A stretch of DNA of 63,974 bases, filler included, from Octopus bimaculoides (Eukaryota), in assembly GCF_001194135.2 (NCBI RefSeq). It is 5 parts of 5 records of this genome, joined end to end, with 100 filler letters (N's around TTAATTAATTAA, not from the genome) between each part and the next. Parts side by side here need not be neighbours in the genome. Positions count along the whole stretch, not along the records: positions 1 to 13,585 come from NC_068994.1; positions 13,686 to 28,351 come from NC_069002.1; 3 more parts are not named here. One strand, written 5' to 3'. This document shows, one piece after another, positions 12,636-25,471 of the stretch (the stretch's first letter is position 1; each line of letters starts with the position of its first letter). Under the pieces are notes generated by a model. The model searched no databases. It was not told the origin of the DNA and saw nothing but the letters and a program-made list of their open reading frames with translations. The translations under genes and the position numbers were made by a program.

Positions 12636-12830
12636 CAATTGCAGCGTGGAAGGTGTTTATAAGCCATTTAAGAAACACACAAAAACTGTTTCTTAAATGG
12701 CTTATAAACACTTTCCACGCTGCAGTTGTTTTCGTTCCAGCACACGATNNNNNNNNNNTCCACGCTGCAGTTGTTTTCGTTCCAGCACACGATCTCAGAT
12801 CAGGTCACTTGCTATGCAAGTACATCTCTG
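12636..12830 (+). repeat. Short copy of the fold-back pLTR-like family also at 15661-15960
   Basis: CAATTGCAGCGTGGAAGGTGTTTATAAGCCATTTAAGAAAC...GTTTCTTAAATGGCTTATAAACACTTTCCACGCTGCAGTTG is an inverted pair, followed by the same tail (CAGCACACGATCTCAGATCAGGTCACTTGCTATGCAAGTACATCTC). Confidence 0.85.
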
Positions 12831-12891
12831 TATATATATATATATATATATAGATATAGATGTGTGTGTGTGTATGTATGTATGTATGTAT

Positions 12892-13511
12892 CAATATAGA
12901 GCAAATAATTCACGGAAAAATAATTTGCGAAGATATCATTGACTCTGTTATTATCTAGTGTAACAATTTAAAAAAGATAATAACAGAATCAATATCAATA
13001 ATATAAGCGATTGCAGGCACCAGAAACGCATTACATAAGTGAAGGATTAAAATTAATCACAGGACATTGTAAGTATGTCTATTTACTGCAAATAACAGCC
13101 AAAACTCCTATTTAAATTGCCAAAATACACTGAAAATAACTACAGAAATCAACTGCCCGAAGGCAAATGGGCCAAGACAATCTCAGCATACATTCAAGTA
13201 TTTGGACTCATGTGGACTGGTTTCTGGACTGGATAATAGCCTAACCTTCTTCAGCATGCGTTACCATGATAAAGAGCACCAACCTGACGTGTTGAAGTCT
13301 GTGCTGCAACTGATTCGCTTTGCACAGAAATCATGGCAGCCACCAGTGTGAAAATAATTTCAATACGGAGCAAATAATTCACAAGTAATTCACGAAACAA
13401 TAATTTGCGAAGAAGTCATTTACTCTGTTATTATCTAGTGTAACAATTTAAAAATAATAATAACAGAATCAATAATATAGGCGATTGCAGCCCCCCAAAG
13501 AGCATTAGATA
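12892..13511 (-). mobile_element. Terminally redundant 469-bp unit carrying a decayed hammerhead (pLTR- or retrozyme-like)
   Basis: Direct repeats at about 12892-13038 and 13361-13511. The internal minus-strand motif is CATG-CTGAAGA-A-GGTTAGG..CCAGTCC-A-GAAA-CCAG-TC-CACATG. Confidence 0.6.
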
Positions 13512-13585
13512 GTTGTGGCGCACACGCACACACACACATATATATATCTGTATGTATATATGTATATATATATATATATATATAT

Positions 13586-13685
13586 NNNNNNNNNNNNNNN
13601 NNNNNNNNNNNNNNNNNNNNNNNNNNNNNTTAATTAATTAANNNNNNNNNNNNNNNNNNNNNNNNNNNNNNNNNNNNNNNNNNNN
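13586..13685. other. Artificial scaffold-join spacer
   Basis: 44 N + TTAATTAATTAA (stop codons in all six frames) + 44 N = 100 bp. Confidence 0.95.
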
Positions 13686-14035
13686 CATATATATATATAT
13701 ATATATATATGAATATATGTGTGTGTATATGTATATATGTGTGTGTATATGTATATATTTATAAACCTACATTACATTGGTTAACATGTGTGTTTACGCA
13801 CAAAAAAATATATTCATATATTCATCAATATATGAACTAGATTGCGTATATTTTAGTTTCAGCTGAAGAAAAAGCTGAATCCTGTTGCCACGGTTCATGT
13901 ACCGATTGAAGTATGGGAGCGATTGAAGTACGGAAGCAGTTGATACATACAGAGGGAGATAGGGAGAGAAAGAGAGAGCGAGAGAGAAAGAGAAAGACAG
14001 AGAGACAGACAGACAAACAGACAGACAGACTGACT

Positions 14036-14083
<48 letters not shown>

Positions 14084-15660
14084 TGTATATTACGCCAAAA
14101 ATTATTTAGACACCTCCCTGTTTAGAAGGAAAGTGAAATATTTATGGGCAAGCCACCTTTGGTTTCCTGTAAGAAGTATAACCTACAGCATGCCTGCAGT
14201 TATTTTACTTTCATCAGGTCCAGATGAATGGGAAATGAGATATGCTTCTTTGTTCTTCAAGGAGAACTTTATGAAATTCGAAGAAAATATGAGACTGTAT
14301 TCATTTCATTATAGAGAAACGTGTTGCTGGATTTTCTCCCTTTATATGATATTATATCCATCCATGAGATGTAGAATTTCTATCTAAAATTGATGCCAAA
14401 ATATCCATCATTTTAATAGTAATAACCGTGATAAAATGCTGAAATTGTGTACCTAAGTTCATAGTCTTGTCTATGTATTATAAAATCAATGATACTGTAC
14501 GGCAGAAGGTAGTGAAACTCAAACTGGTCAACGTAAATGTTAATAGAATTGGTAAAGAAATAAAGGGAAAAATTTGAAGAAGCGGATAAGAGAAAAGAAA
14601 CTTAGAAGGAAAGAAACCACTCAGAAAAGAAAAAGCAAAAAGGTATAGGTTATGGATTTAGAATAAAAAAGAACAACATAAAGCAGCAAAGAAAGGCTAA
14701 AACGTATGAGTAGACGTCTATTATAATTAGGCGTTTCCCGTTTAGTTCTGGAAGCTGAGTTTTACAGTTGGCTAGCATTTAACTGTCCTTGTGAGAACAC
14801 GTTGTAAAGATTTCGTTTCTAGGGTTGATAGAGGTATTTGAATATTTGAAGTTTTGTAGGATATGTGCCTTTTAGGTTAGACAATGCCCACATGTATCAG
14901 CTCCGTTTAAACAAGTCTTTCGTTTCTTGAATATTCTCAATTTGCTGTCTTATTTGAATTGTGTTCTCTCCTACAGAAGCTATTTATATCATTCTAATGT
15001 CGGGCTTGTCAGCTTACCAGTATGTCTGAAAAATTTATAATAGCTATAAAATTTTTGTTTAAATTTACCCCCCAACGTATTTGAATATGCCATCTACAAC
15101 TGTACATGTTTAGCTAGTTCTAGGCCTTCAGATTTATAATCAAAATCATTTTAATCAAGACCATTCCGTCTGTTCTTCCACCTATTTTATCCAATAATAT
15201 CCCTTTTATATCATCTGAAACATTTCCTGTGCAAAACGCAAACTAAAAGAAAGCAAATTCAACCTAAAACTTGCTGCGTTCACCCAAAGGTGACGTCATT
15301 TGATAACGAAACATTTTTATAAAAAAAGAAAAATATACATATTTAACAAAGGTCATTTTTGCATTCAACTATTGGTGACGTCAATGGATAACGAAATAAT
15401 CAAAAAACAAGCATATGAATTCTACATTATGACAATTAGAAATATAGAGAAATATAATCTAAAAAGACTTTTATATTCAATTATTGGTGACGTCACTTGA
15501 TACCTAAAAATAAAACATAAAGATAAGAATCCTATGTTATGCTTATTAAAAGCTTAGAGAATTTACGACACAACAATTAGTTATCTGTTTACTAAATATA
15601 GTAAACCTTTTAGAAGAATTAACCTTATTATATAATATATGAAAAACTATTATAATTAAA

Positions 15661-15960
15661 CAATTGCAGCGTGGAAGGTGTTTATAAGCCATTTAAAATA
15701 ACACACAAAAACCGTTAGATTCACTTCAACATTTAAATTTAATTTGTCAAAATATTTTCGTCGCTTTGTCAGTGAACAGGTCGCAGTCTCAAAGCGACGA
15801 AAATATTTTGACAAATTAAATTCAAATGTTGAAGTGAATCTAACGGTTTTTGTGTGTTATTTTAAATGGTTTATGAACACCTTCCGCGCTGCAATTGTTT
15901 TCGTTCCAGCACACGATCTCAGATCAGGTCACTTGCTATGCAAGTACATCTCCGTAATAT
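15661..15960 (+). mobile_element. Fold-back (inverted + direct) Penelope pLTR-like repeat
   Basis: Arms of about 107 bp (15661-15767 and 15791-15898) are near-perfect reverse complements, followed by a unique tail shared with 12760-12830. Confidence 0.8.
15765..15815 (+). ncRNA. Variant minimal type I hammerhead ribozyme (G3:C8 core)
   Basis: TTTGTCA (stem I) GTGAACA (core) G GTCGC-agtctcaaa-GCGAC (stem II) GAAA ATAT TT TGACAAA (stem I'). Stem III is the palindrome AATATT. Confidence 0.65.
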
Positions 15961-15989
15961 TATAATTAAGAATTGAAATATTTCAATGT

Positions 15990-16620
15990 TTTTTTTTTGT
16001 TTCTTTCTTTTTTGAAATTTATGGCAACATCTTATAGTAAAGTTCCCATTCAGATTCAATAAAATTAATTTAGAAGTAATTATATAATGCATTTATTCAA
16101 AGCAAAGATCGCATGTAGAATTGCCAATAATGTAGAATTGCCAATAATGTAGAATTGCTAATATTGTACTAATAATGTACAACTTTAAATCATACTTAAT
16201 ATTCCAATTTTTTGAATCCCAAATACATTTAACAATATTTGTAGAATTACTTTTTCTTCAATACTTAAATGAATGAGAATGATTCTGAACTCTAAGACTT
16301 CCAAATTGTGGCAGATGAACCAGTGTAATAATACTTACGATCTCCTTTTATTACCTTACACTGATTGACTATATTTTTCTTTAAACACTGGTTTTCTAAA
16401 GGGTATACGATTTTGTTTCGACAATTACACAGGCATTTATTCACTTATATCTGGTAATCATTGTTAAAGAATTTCCACTAGTTTCCCATTGCAAATTAGG
16501 CGTAAATGTGATATTATTATTATTACAATAAATATTAAAGCTAGGTGATAACTCAACTGTATTATCAGAATCGCAATCACATATAGAATCAAAACCTAGT
16601 TCAGAAAGTGTATCATTAAA
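15990..16620 (-). mobile_element. Degenerate Penelope-like GIY-YIG region (CxC-linker type)
   Basis: Minus strand: KCLCNCRNKIVYPLENQCLKKNIVNQCKVIKGDRKYYYTG, later CDLC and LLN..RCCHKF. A 17-bp unit is tandemly triplicated at about 16113-16163. Confidence 0.62.
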
Positions 16621-17854
16621 GTTAATTTCACAATNNNNNNNNNNNNNNNNNNNNNNNNNNNNNNNNNNNNNNNNNNNNNNNNNNNNNNNNNNNNNNNNNN
16701 NNNNNNNNNNNNNNNNNNNNNNNNNNNNNNNNNNNNNNNNNNNNNNNNNNNNNNNNNNNNNNNNNNNNNNNNNNNNNNNNNNNNNNNNNNNNNNNNNNNN
16801 NNNNNNNNNNNNNNNNNNNNNNNNNNNNNNNNNNNNNNNNNNNNNNNNNNNNNNNNNNNNNNNNNNNNNNNNNNNNNNNNNNNNNNNNNNNNNNNNNNNN
16901 NNNNNNNNNNNNNNNNNNNNNNNNNNNNNNNNNNNNNNNNNNNNNNNNNNNNNNNNNNNNNNNNNNNNNNNNNNNNNNNNNNNNNNNNNNNNNNNNNNNN
17001 NNNNNNNNNNNNNNNNNNNNNNNNNNNNAGAGAGAGAGAGAGAGAGAGAGAAAAGAGGGAGAGGGAGTAAGAGAGAGGGGGAGATGATGAGGAGGTGCAG
17101 GAGCAGGAGCAGGAGCAGGAGGAGCAGGAGGAGGAGCAGGAGGAAGATCAGGAGGAGTTGTTTCGAATTGACATCGGTAGAGTTCGCATTTTATTTGTCA
17201 GTTGTTTCAGGAAAACAGGAGGTTCACAGAAAGATGAAAGCCTGCAAATATGTGCTCTGTGCGTTTTCGTTATTGCTGCTGTTATTGTTGTTCTTACAGT
17301 AAATAGCCTATCAAAAGCAATAGAATGATAGATTAGCCATGATATTTTTTATTGCGACTGATTTTATGATGTATCTACGTGTGACATTTATAAATTTGAA
17401 CCCGTGACCGGTCTGTTTGTAAACAAACGTCTTCTTCCTACTCAGTCGTATCTCAGCCTTTTTTCAAGTTCTTTCTTGTTTTCCCTCAGTTTCAAAAAGT
17501 TGCTGTGGTTGTTGTTGTTGTTGTTGTTGCTGCTGCTGCGGCATCTGTTTTTGTTATTGTTAGCCTTAAATCAGACCTCTTCTAGCTGACGTATGTTCAA
17601 AAGAATTCTAGCCATAAAAATCCCTTGTTTATTATTGCATTATATATATATATATATATATAGGACTATTTTGTTGTTCCTTTTTATAAGCAGTAGAGTG
17701 TTTTAATAGAGTTACGAAATTATTATAAGCAGATCGTCTACGCAGGGGTTCCCAAGCTGGTGAGTTCAATTCAATGTATATATTGTAAAGTTGTGCAATG
17801 TTCAATATAATATAGATTGATTGATTGATACATACATACATACATGCATATATA

Positions 17855-17997
17855 TTCCTTATTCTTTTATTTGTTTCCGTCATTTGACTGCAGCCATGCT
17901 GGAGCACCGCCTTTAGTCGACCCCAGGACTTATTCTTTGTATGCCTAGTACTTATACTATTGGTCCTGTTTATCGAAACGTTAACACGGACACAAAC

Positions 17998-18030
<33 letters not shown>

Positions 18031-18170
18031 AGACGTGCTTCTTTCAGTTTCCGCCTACCAAATCCACTCATAAGGCTTAGTAGAAGACACTTGCCCAAGG
18101 TGCCACGCAGTGGGACTGAACCCGGAACCATGTGGTTAGTAAGGAAGTCACTTACCACACAGCTACTCCT
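17855..18170 (-). mobile_element. SINE family A with internal deletions
   Basis: The head AGGAGTAGCTGTGTGGTAAGTGACTTCC...CCGGGTTCAGTCCCACTGCGTGGCACCTTGGGCAAG and the 3' module are both recognisable. Confidence 0.85.
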
Positions 18171-18355
18171 ATATATATATATATATAAATATATATNNNN
18201 NNNNNNNNNNNNNNNNNNNNNNNNNNNNNNNNNNNNNNNNNNNNNNNNNNNNNNNNNNNNNNNNNNNNNNNNNNNNNNNNNNNNNNNNNNNNNNNNNNNN
18301 NNNNNNNNNNNNNNNNNNNNNNNNNNNNNNNNNNNNNNNNNNNNNNNNNNNNNNN

Positions 18356-18356
18356 N

Positions 18357-18391
<35 letters not shown>

Positions 18392-18606
18392 GTGTTTGTG
18401 TGTCTGTGTTTGTCCCCCAAAATCGCTTGACAACCGATGTTGGTGTGTTTACGTCCCCGTAACTTAGCGGTTCGGCAAAAAGAGACCGATAGAATAAGTA
18501 CTAGGCTTACAAAGAATAAGTCCTGGGGTCGATTTTCTCGACTAAAGGCGGTGCTGCAGCATGGCCACAGTCAAATGATTAAAACAAGTAAAAGAGTAAA
18601 AGAGTA
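18356..18606 (+). mobile_element. SINE family A, 3' half (head presumably in the gap)
   Basis: (TG)n then TTTGTCCCCCAAAATCGCTTGACAACCG...GGCGGTGCTGCAGCATGGCCACAGTCAAATGATTAAAACAAGTAAAAGAGTAAAAGAG. Confidence 0.85.
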
Positions 18607-19505
18607 AATATTAGCGGCGGACGCAGTATTAGTACCAAAAGGCAAATTTGCTTATCAAAGTGACAGCTCTTGAGTCGGAAAAGATTAGTATTCTGGGAAA
18701 ACTTTGGAAAAAATGTCCCGAAACATCGATGTTACTTGTAAAAGAAATTCTCTCCATATTCCACGGACTTGACTGATACCCGGTTTTCGACAAGAAACAG
18801 AATCTTAATTAATATATTTAAATTCAAAAGAATACCAAACATTTATTTTTTAAAATATTCAGCATTTAAGGGTTGGAAGGTATCACTTTGGGAGTTTTAT
18901 TTGTGGAATTTCGGGCGATAAATGTGTAATTTGGGGCTTAAATTGTGCAATTTAAATGCGCAACTTTTGGGTGGAGGATTTTTAAAACTGATGGCAGTTG
19001 ACGAGTGTATATGTTGTCTAGTGTATATAATGAAAGTCATAAAGTGTATAATAATGTGTGGTTATTGTTATCGTTCTGAAACTATCTGCAGAGAAAAATA
19101 AAAGAATTCGGAACAATAAATCATAGTGTCGTGCCAGAGTTGCCAAATTAGAAAGATGTCTGCGACTAATCATACGTTAGCGCAGGTTTTGATGGATGAT
19201 CTTCCCAAGTTGTTGTCGTCACAGTATTTACTTGTTATCGCTGTTGATATTGTTGTTGTTCTTCTTCTTCTTGCTCTTGTTCTTGTTCTTGTTCATGATG
19301 ATGATGGCTGCGACGGTGGTGGTGGCTGCCGTGGTGGTGGCGGTGGTGGTGCTGTTGCTGCTGCTGTTGCTGCCGGTGCTGCTACAGGTGCTTAAGATGT
19401 TCATATGGGATGATGGTACTAGATATTAATAGTCATAGATTTAGTATGTGTGTGTATGTTCACGAGTGAGTGTGCATGTGTGCGTGTGTGTGTGTGTGTA
19501 GGTGT

Positions 19506-19539
<34 letters not shown>

Positions 19540-21312
19540 CTGTGTCTGTGTGTTTCTGTTTCGTAGGCTGTAATGAATGAAAATACGACAGAGCAACTTC
19601 TGTTTCTGACTACAGGTGTGTGTGTGTGTGTAGATTGTTACAAAAAGAAATATACATACATACATATATATACATACATACATACATACAAACAAACAGT
19701 CAGGTAGATAGATAGATAGATAGATAGATAGATGAAATGTTCAGTCAATATTGTATTTTTGCGAGTTTTAAAATATATTCCATCATATATCAACATTTAC
19801 ACGCACACGCCCCCCACACACACACACACGTACACACACACACATTCATACTTAAACACGCACGCACAGGCACACATTCCACATACACGGCTATGTGTGA
19901 ATGGACACCTGAGTGTTTTTATGTGTGTGTGTGTTTACAAATGTGTATGTGCAGGCATGCATGCATGTATGTATACGTATGTATGTATATGTATGTATGT
20001 ATGTATGTATATGTATGTATGTATGTATGTATGTATGCATGTATGTATGTATGTGCGTATGTTTGCACACACATCCACAGAGATGTCTTTGCAATGAAAT
20101 ATTGGTCTCGTTTAGTATTTATATACGTCATAGGAGTGTGGATATGTTTATATGTGTGTGTGTGTNNNNNNNNNNNNNNNNNNNNNNNNNNNNNNNNNNN
20201 NNNNNNNNNNNNNNNNNNNNNNNNNNNNNNNNNNNNNNNNNNNNNNNNNNNNNNNNNNNNNNNNNNNNNNNNNNNNNNNNNNNNNNNNNNNNNNNNNNNN
20301 NNNNNNNNNNNNNNNNNNNNNNNNNNNNNNNNNNNNNNNNNNNNNNNNNNNNNNNNNNNNNNNNNNNNNNNNNNNNNNNNNNNNNNNNNNNNNNNNNNNN
20401 NNNNNNNNNNNNNNNNNNNNNNNNNNNNNNNNNNNNNNNNNNNNNNNNNNNNNNNNNNNNNNNNNNNNNNNNNNNNNNNNNNNNNNNNNNNNNNNNNNNN
20501 NNNNNNNNNNNNNNNNNNNNNNNNNNNNNNNNNNNNNNNNNNNNNNNNNNNNNNNNNNNNNNNNNNNNNNNNNNNNNNNNNNNNNNNNNNNNNNNNNNNN
20601 NNNNNNNNNNNNNNNNNNNNNNNNNNNNNNNNNNNNNNNNNNNNNNNNNNNNNNNNNNNNNNNNNNNNNNNNNNNNNNNNNNNNNNNNNNNNNNNNNNNN
20701 NNNNNNNNNNNNNNNNNNNNNNNNNNNNNNNNNNNNNNNNNNNNNNNNNNNNNNNNNNNNNNNNNNNNNNNNNNNNNNNNNNNNNNNNNNNNNNNNNNNN
20801 NNNNNNNNNNNNNNNNNNNNNNNNNNNNNNNNNNNNNNNNNNNNNNNNNNNNNNNNNNNNNNNNNNNNNNNNNNNTATATATATGTATGTATGTATATAC
20901 GTATGTGTGTATACGTATGTTTGTATGGATATGTGTATATTTGTACATATATATGTGCATATATATATACACATATATATATGTAGGTATTTCTGTATGT
21001 ATGTATGCATGTATGTTTGTATGTATGTATGTATGTATGTATGTATAGAATTATTTTCAAGTAGCAAAAATGCTCACACTTCATTAATCAAATTCTGTGA
21101 CTTGTCAATAAATACAAAGAATATATTCTTAAATAAAGTAAAAAAACAAAACACCCCCAAAAATTTAAACAATCTGTCATAACAATAACAAGGAAACAAA
21201 ACAAAGATGGAAATAAATATTTTATTTATTTTTTATTAAATTTGTCAAAAATCAAAATGAAAACTGCCAAAAATCTTAAAACAAAACCATAATACATTTT
21301 TGGTCGTTGTTT

Positions 21313-21356
<44 letters not shown>

Positions 21357-22009
21357 ATAGATGTTGATTTTAAGAGAATACGTTTAAATATGTAAAGACA
21401 AAAGATGTATCAGAAAAGAGATTGGAGGGAGGATGGGTTGAAGAAGATGAGGAAGAGTAGATATTCACGTTGATTTGTGTTACCGTACACATTTGTGTTA
21501 CTGTGAATGTATATATATGTATGTATGTGTGTGTCTGTGTATCTGTGTATGTATATATACTAACTATTCCATTATATATATTTATATATATAGATAGCTA
21601 TATAGATAGATAGATATTATAAGATCTGGTAATTAGTCATATATTAATATATTAATTAATATCGATTAATTATCAGGGGGCCAGCACATTTAAAGAATCA
21701 AAGAGATTCAGAAATATTATCTGTAATCTCAGGNNNNNNNNNNATAATTTATAATATATAATATATAAATACATATATATATCATAATAAATGTAAACTT
21801 ACGTATTTATATATTCATTTATACAAATATATTTATCCATTTTATATACATATTAATTTATACGAATATATTTATACGAATATATTTATATTATTCTCTT
21901 CCAAATAAGTTTTATCTTAATAATTCTGATGCGCATTCTATACGATCTTTTTACTCTTTCGTTTTTGTCTCTTTCTCTCTCTTATTCTTTTACCTCCTCT
22001 TCTCTCACA

Positions 22010-22434
22010 ATTCTTTCCTATTACTCTGTCACTCTCTCTCTCCTTCCATCCTCTCTTGCTCACGTGGCTCTTACGTGACCATCGGCCATCTTTCTTCTAA
22101 TAAATTGTGTTCTTGTTTGTCTCCTGTCCACGCTTGATTTACGCGTTCGCCAGCACAACCTCTTTTGGGCTTAGCAACCCTTCCTGTTTGTTTTCACTGT
22201 CCTGTTTGTGCTACCTATTTTGACCCTCTGCAAAAATCGCAAATTTTATTTAATTTGCTTTGCGGGAGCAACTGTTTTATCGAAAGCGTATATTGTTGTT
22301 AAATGCTCGAAATACGAGACTAGACAAACAGCCAACAACTGATGAAGGGTCGTTCTATATATTGGTTGTTTTGTTTCCCATTTGTGTCTTTTGTTGTTCG
22401 AAAGAATAGTTTATGTTCCATGTACTCCTGCTTC
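22010..22434 (+). repeat. Dispersed repeat (possible Penelope pLTR-like segment), copy 2
   Basis: Homologous to 650-1090. Confidence 0.55.
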
Positions 22435-22969
22435 NNNNNNNNNNNNNNNNNNNNNNNNNNNNNNNNNNNNNNNNNNNNNNNNNNNNNNNNNNNNNNNNNN
22501 NNNNNNNNNNNNNNNNNNNNNNNNNNNNNNNNNNNNNNNNNNNNNNNNNNNNNNNNNNNNNNNNNNNNNNNNNNNNNNNNNNNNNNNNNNNNNNNNNNNN
22601 NNNNNNNNNNNNNNNNNNNNNNNNNNNNNNNNNNNNNNNNNNNNNNNNNNNNNNNNNNNNNNNNNNNNNNNNNNNNNNNNNNNNNNNNNNNNNNNNNNNN
22701 NNNNNNNNNNNNNNNNNNNNNNNNNNNNNNNNNNNNNNNNNNNNNNNNNNNNNNNNNNNNNNNNNNNNNNNNNNNNNNNNNNNNNNNNNNNNNNNNNNNN
22801 NNNNNNNNNNNNNNNNNNNNNNNNNNNNNNNNNNNNNNNNNNNNNNNNNNNNNNNNNNNNNNNNNNNNNNNNNNNNNNNNNNNNNNNNNNNNNNNNNNNN
22901 NNNNNNNNNNNNNNNNNNNNNNNNNNNNNNNNNNNNNNNNNNNNNNNNNNNNNNNNNNNNNNNNNNNNN

Positions 22970-23006
<37 letters not shown>

Positions 23007-23129
23007 TAATAAATATCAACTCATATTTATATATTTATAAGAGCCAGCTCAGAATTGGGTGCGATGTAATCGTCTCACCCCCACCCACTGAAATTGCTGG
23101 AATTGTGCTAATATTTGAAACCAGTATCA

Positions 23130-23340
23130 TGACAGTAACCTGGTAGAACCGTTAACGGCATATCATCCGTCCTTACGATCCTAATTCAAATTCCGCTGAG
23201 GTCGAATTTACTTTCAGCCAATGGGAAACGATGAAATAAATGCCACCAGTTGAGCACTGGAATCGATGTAATTCGCTTTCCCTTCCTCTACTTCCATCAA
23301 AATTTCTGGCCTTGTGTCAACATTAGAAAGAATTAATTCT
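23130..23340 (+). mobile_element. Second tRNA-like SINE family (family B)
   Basis: CTGGTAGAACCGTTA...GATCCTAATTCAAATTCCGCTGAGGTCGAATTTACTTTCA...AAAATTTCTGGCCTTGTGTC..AGAAAGAATT. Related fragments lie at 23040-23105, 38828-38880, 39835-39865 and 56752-56822. Confidence 0.6.
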
Positions 23341-23857
23341 TGCTGTTATCGTTGCTTTATATCTAAGCGCCCCCTGGTAGATTCATTTCCATCCAATGGA
23401 TAAGTTCACATGTACCGATAAATAAGGCTTTTCCTCGCTGTTTGTCCTTTCTAATAGAAGAGCGTGACTTTCGGTAATTATCTTCGGTCACTTATTCAAT
23501 TCGGGAGCATTGATTTTTCACGCGCACACTCACACACACACAGAAGTACATACATGTGCATTAACTCACATACATATATGAATATCCATATAGATACCTA
23601 TACACTTACACAATCTTAAGCTCACGATAGTAAATTTTTTAGACCCATCTGTTGAAGCCTACACACCTACATACGTGTATATATGTATTTGGAGAGGCAG
23701 ATGTGTACATGTGTCGATGTATATGTGTGTGTGTGTGGGTGTGTGTGTGTGTGTGTATTTATGTGTGCATATATTTATGTGTATGTGTGTATGTATTTAT
23801 GGACGCACGCAAAAAAGGTCATGCACTTGCACACGTGCACACATATATGAGTGTGTG

Positions 23858-23916
<59 letters not shown>

Positions 23917-24563
23917 NNNNNNNNNNNNNNNNNNNNNNNNNNNNNNNNNNNNNNNNNNNNNNNNNNNNNNNNNNNNNNNNNNNNNNNNNNNNNNNNNNNN
24001 NNNNNNNNNNNNNNNNNNNNNNNNNNNNNNNNNNNNNNNNNNNNNNNNNNNNNNNNNNNNNNNNNNNNNNNNNNNNNNNNNNNNNNNNNNNNNNNNNNNN
24101 NNNNNNNNNNNNNNNNNNNNNNNNNNNNNNNNNNNNNNNNNNNNNNNNNNNNNNNNNNNNNNNNNNNNNNNNNNNNNNNNNNNNNNNNNNNNNNNNNNNN
24201 NNNNNNNNNNNNNNNNNNNNNNNNNNNNNNNNNNNNNNNNNNNNNNNNNNNNNNNNNNNNNNNNNNNNNNNNNNNNNNNNNNNNNNNNNNNNNNNNNNNN
24301 NNNNNNNNNNNNNNNNNNNNNNNNNNNNNNNNNNNNNNNNNNNNNNNNNNNNNNNNNNNNNNNNNNNNNNNNNNNNNNNNNNNNNNNNNNNNNNNNNNNN
24401 NNNNNNNNNNNNNNNNNNNNNNNNNNNNNNNNNNNNNNNNNNNNNNNNNNNNNNNNNNNNNNNNNNNNNNNNNNNNNNNNNNNNNNNNNNNNNNNNNNNN
24501 NNNNNTGTGTGTGTGTGTGTGTATATATGTATACATGTGCATCCATACACGCACACATACAGT

Positions 24564-24609
<46 letters not shown>

Positions 24610-25039
24610 CATATATGTATGTATATATATGTATGTAGAATATAGGCTCTGTGTGTAATGCTATTTTATTTATTTAATTTACAGTTAGCCCCCCCCCTAT
24701 CCAGTATCTTGGGAATATTGATAGTACAGCGAGTCTCTTGTCATTCTTTTCCGTGTTCGACTTCAATTCGTTTTAATAGAAAACCAACATATTATCAGAT
24801 GTTTAATAAAAATTCTATTATAGTTTCTTACTCCTGTTACAAAAGTTGCGGTTGCTCTTTTAAACCTATTACCGTATGACGTGTCACGTAATAGTAATAT
24901 GAATTCGAGAAGAGATATAATTACAGGGATCCTTGCCGTGCCAAGGGAGATTTGAACGAGCATTCGCAGCAGAAATCTTACATCGAGTCAACAAAAAATG
25001 AATTTGGGGACAGATTTTACGCGTGCAAGAACTCTAGCT

Positions 25040-25471
25040 TTTTCTTGCTTCGCTTACTGGATTGTGGTCATGCTGGGGCACCGCCTTGAAAGGGTTTAGT
25101 CGAACAAATTGACACCAGTACAGATTATTTCTCAATTTATCTAGTTATTCTATCGGGCGTTGTTGCTGTACTGCTAGGGTTACGAGTACGTAAACAATGC
25201 AGTACCGGTTGTTAAGCGGTGGAGGATCGAACGCAAACACTCATACACATGCAGACAAATAGATAGAGAGATAGACAGATAGTGTATGTATATATATGTA
25301 TGTATGTATGTATGTATACGACAGGCTTCCGCAGTTTTGGTTTACCAAATTCACTCACAAGGAATTGGTCGGCTTTAGGCTACTGTAGAAAACACTTGCT
25401 CAAGATGCCGCGCAGTGGGACTGAACGTAGAACCACATTGTTGTAAAATGAGCTTTCTAACCACAGAGCCA
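25040..25471 (-). mobile_element. SINE family A, diverged
   Basis: Both modules are recognisable (CATGCTGGGGCACCGCC; CCAAATTCACTCACAAGG; CGCAGTGGGACTGAAC). Confidence 0.8.

Noticed and set aside
12718-12790. 31-bp direct repeat
   Set aside because: It flanks an 11-N gap exactly, so it is most likely an unmerged contig overlap.
14133-14387. 84-aa ORF with an internal acceptor-like site, plus a CTGATGA motif on the minus strand
   Set aside because: No recognisable domain. The CTGATGA is not followed by stem II plus GAAA.
14730-15240. Possible L2/CR1 RT remnant on the minus strand
   Set aside because: Only vague similarity with many stops; no motif could be read confidently.
19441-24660. Long ORFs rich in YI/CV/HT/MYV repeats and X runs (also throughout the track)
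   Set aside because: They are translations of (TA)n, (TG)n and (TATG)n microsatellites and of N gaps, not genes.
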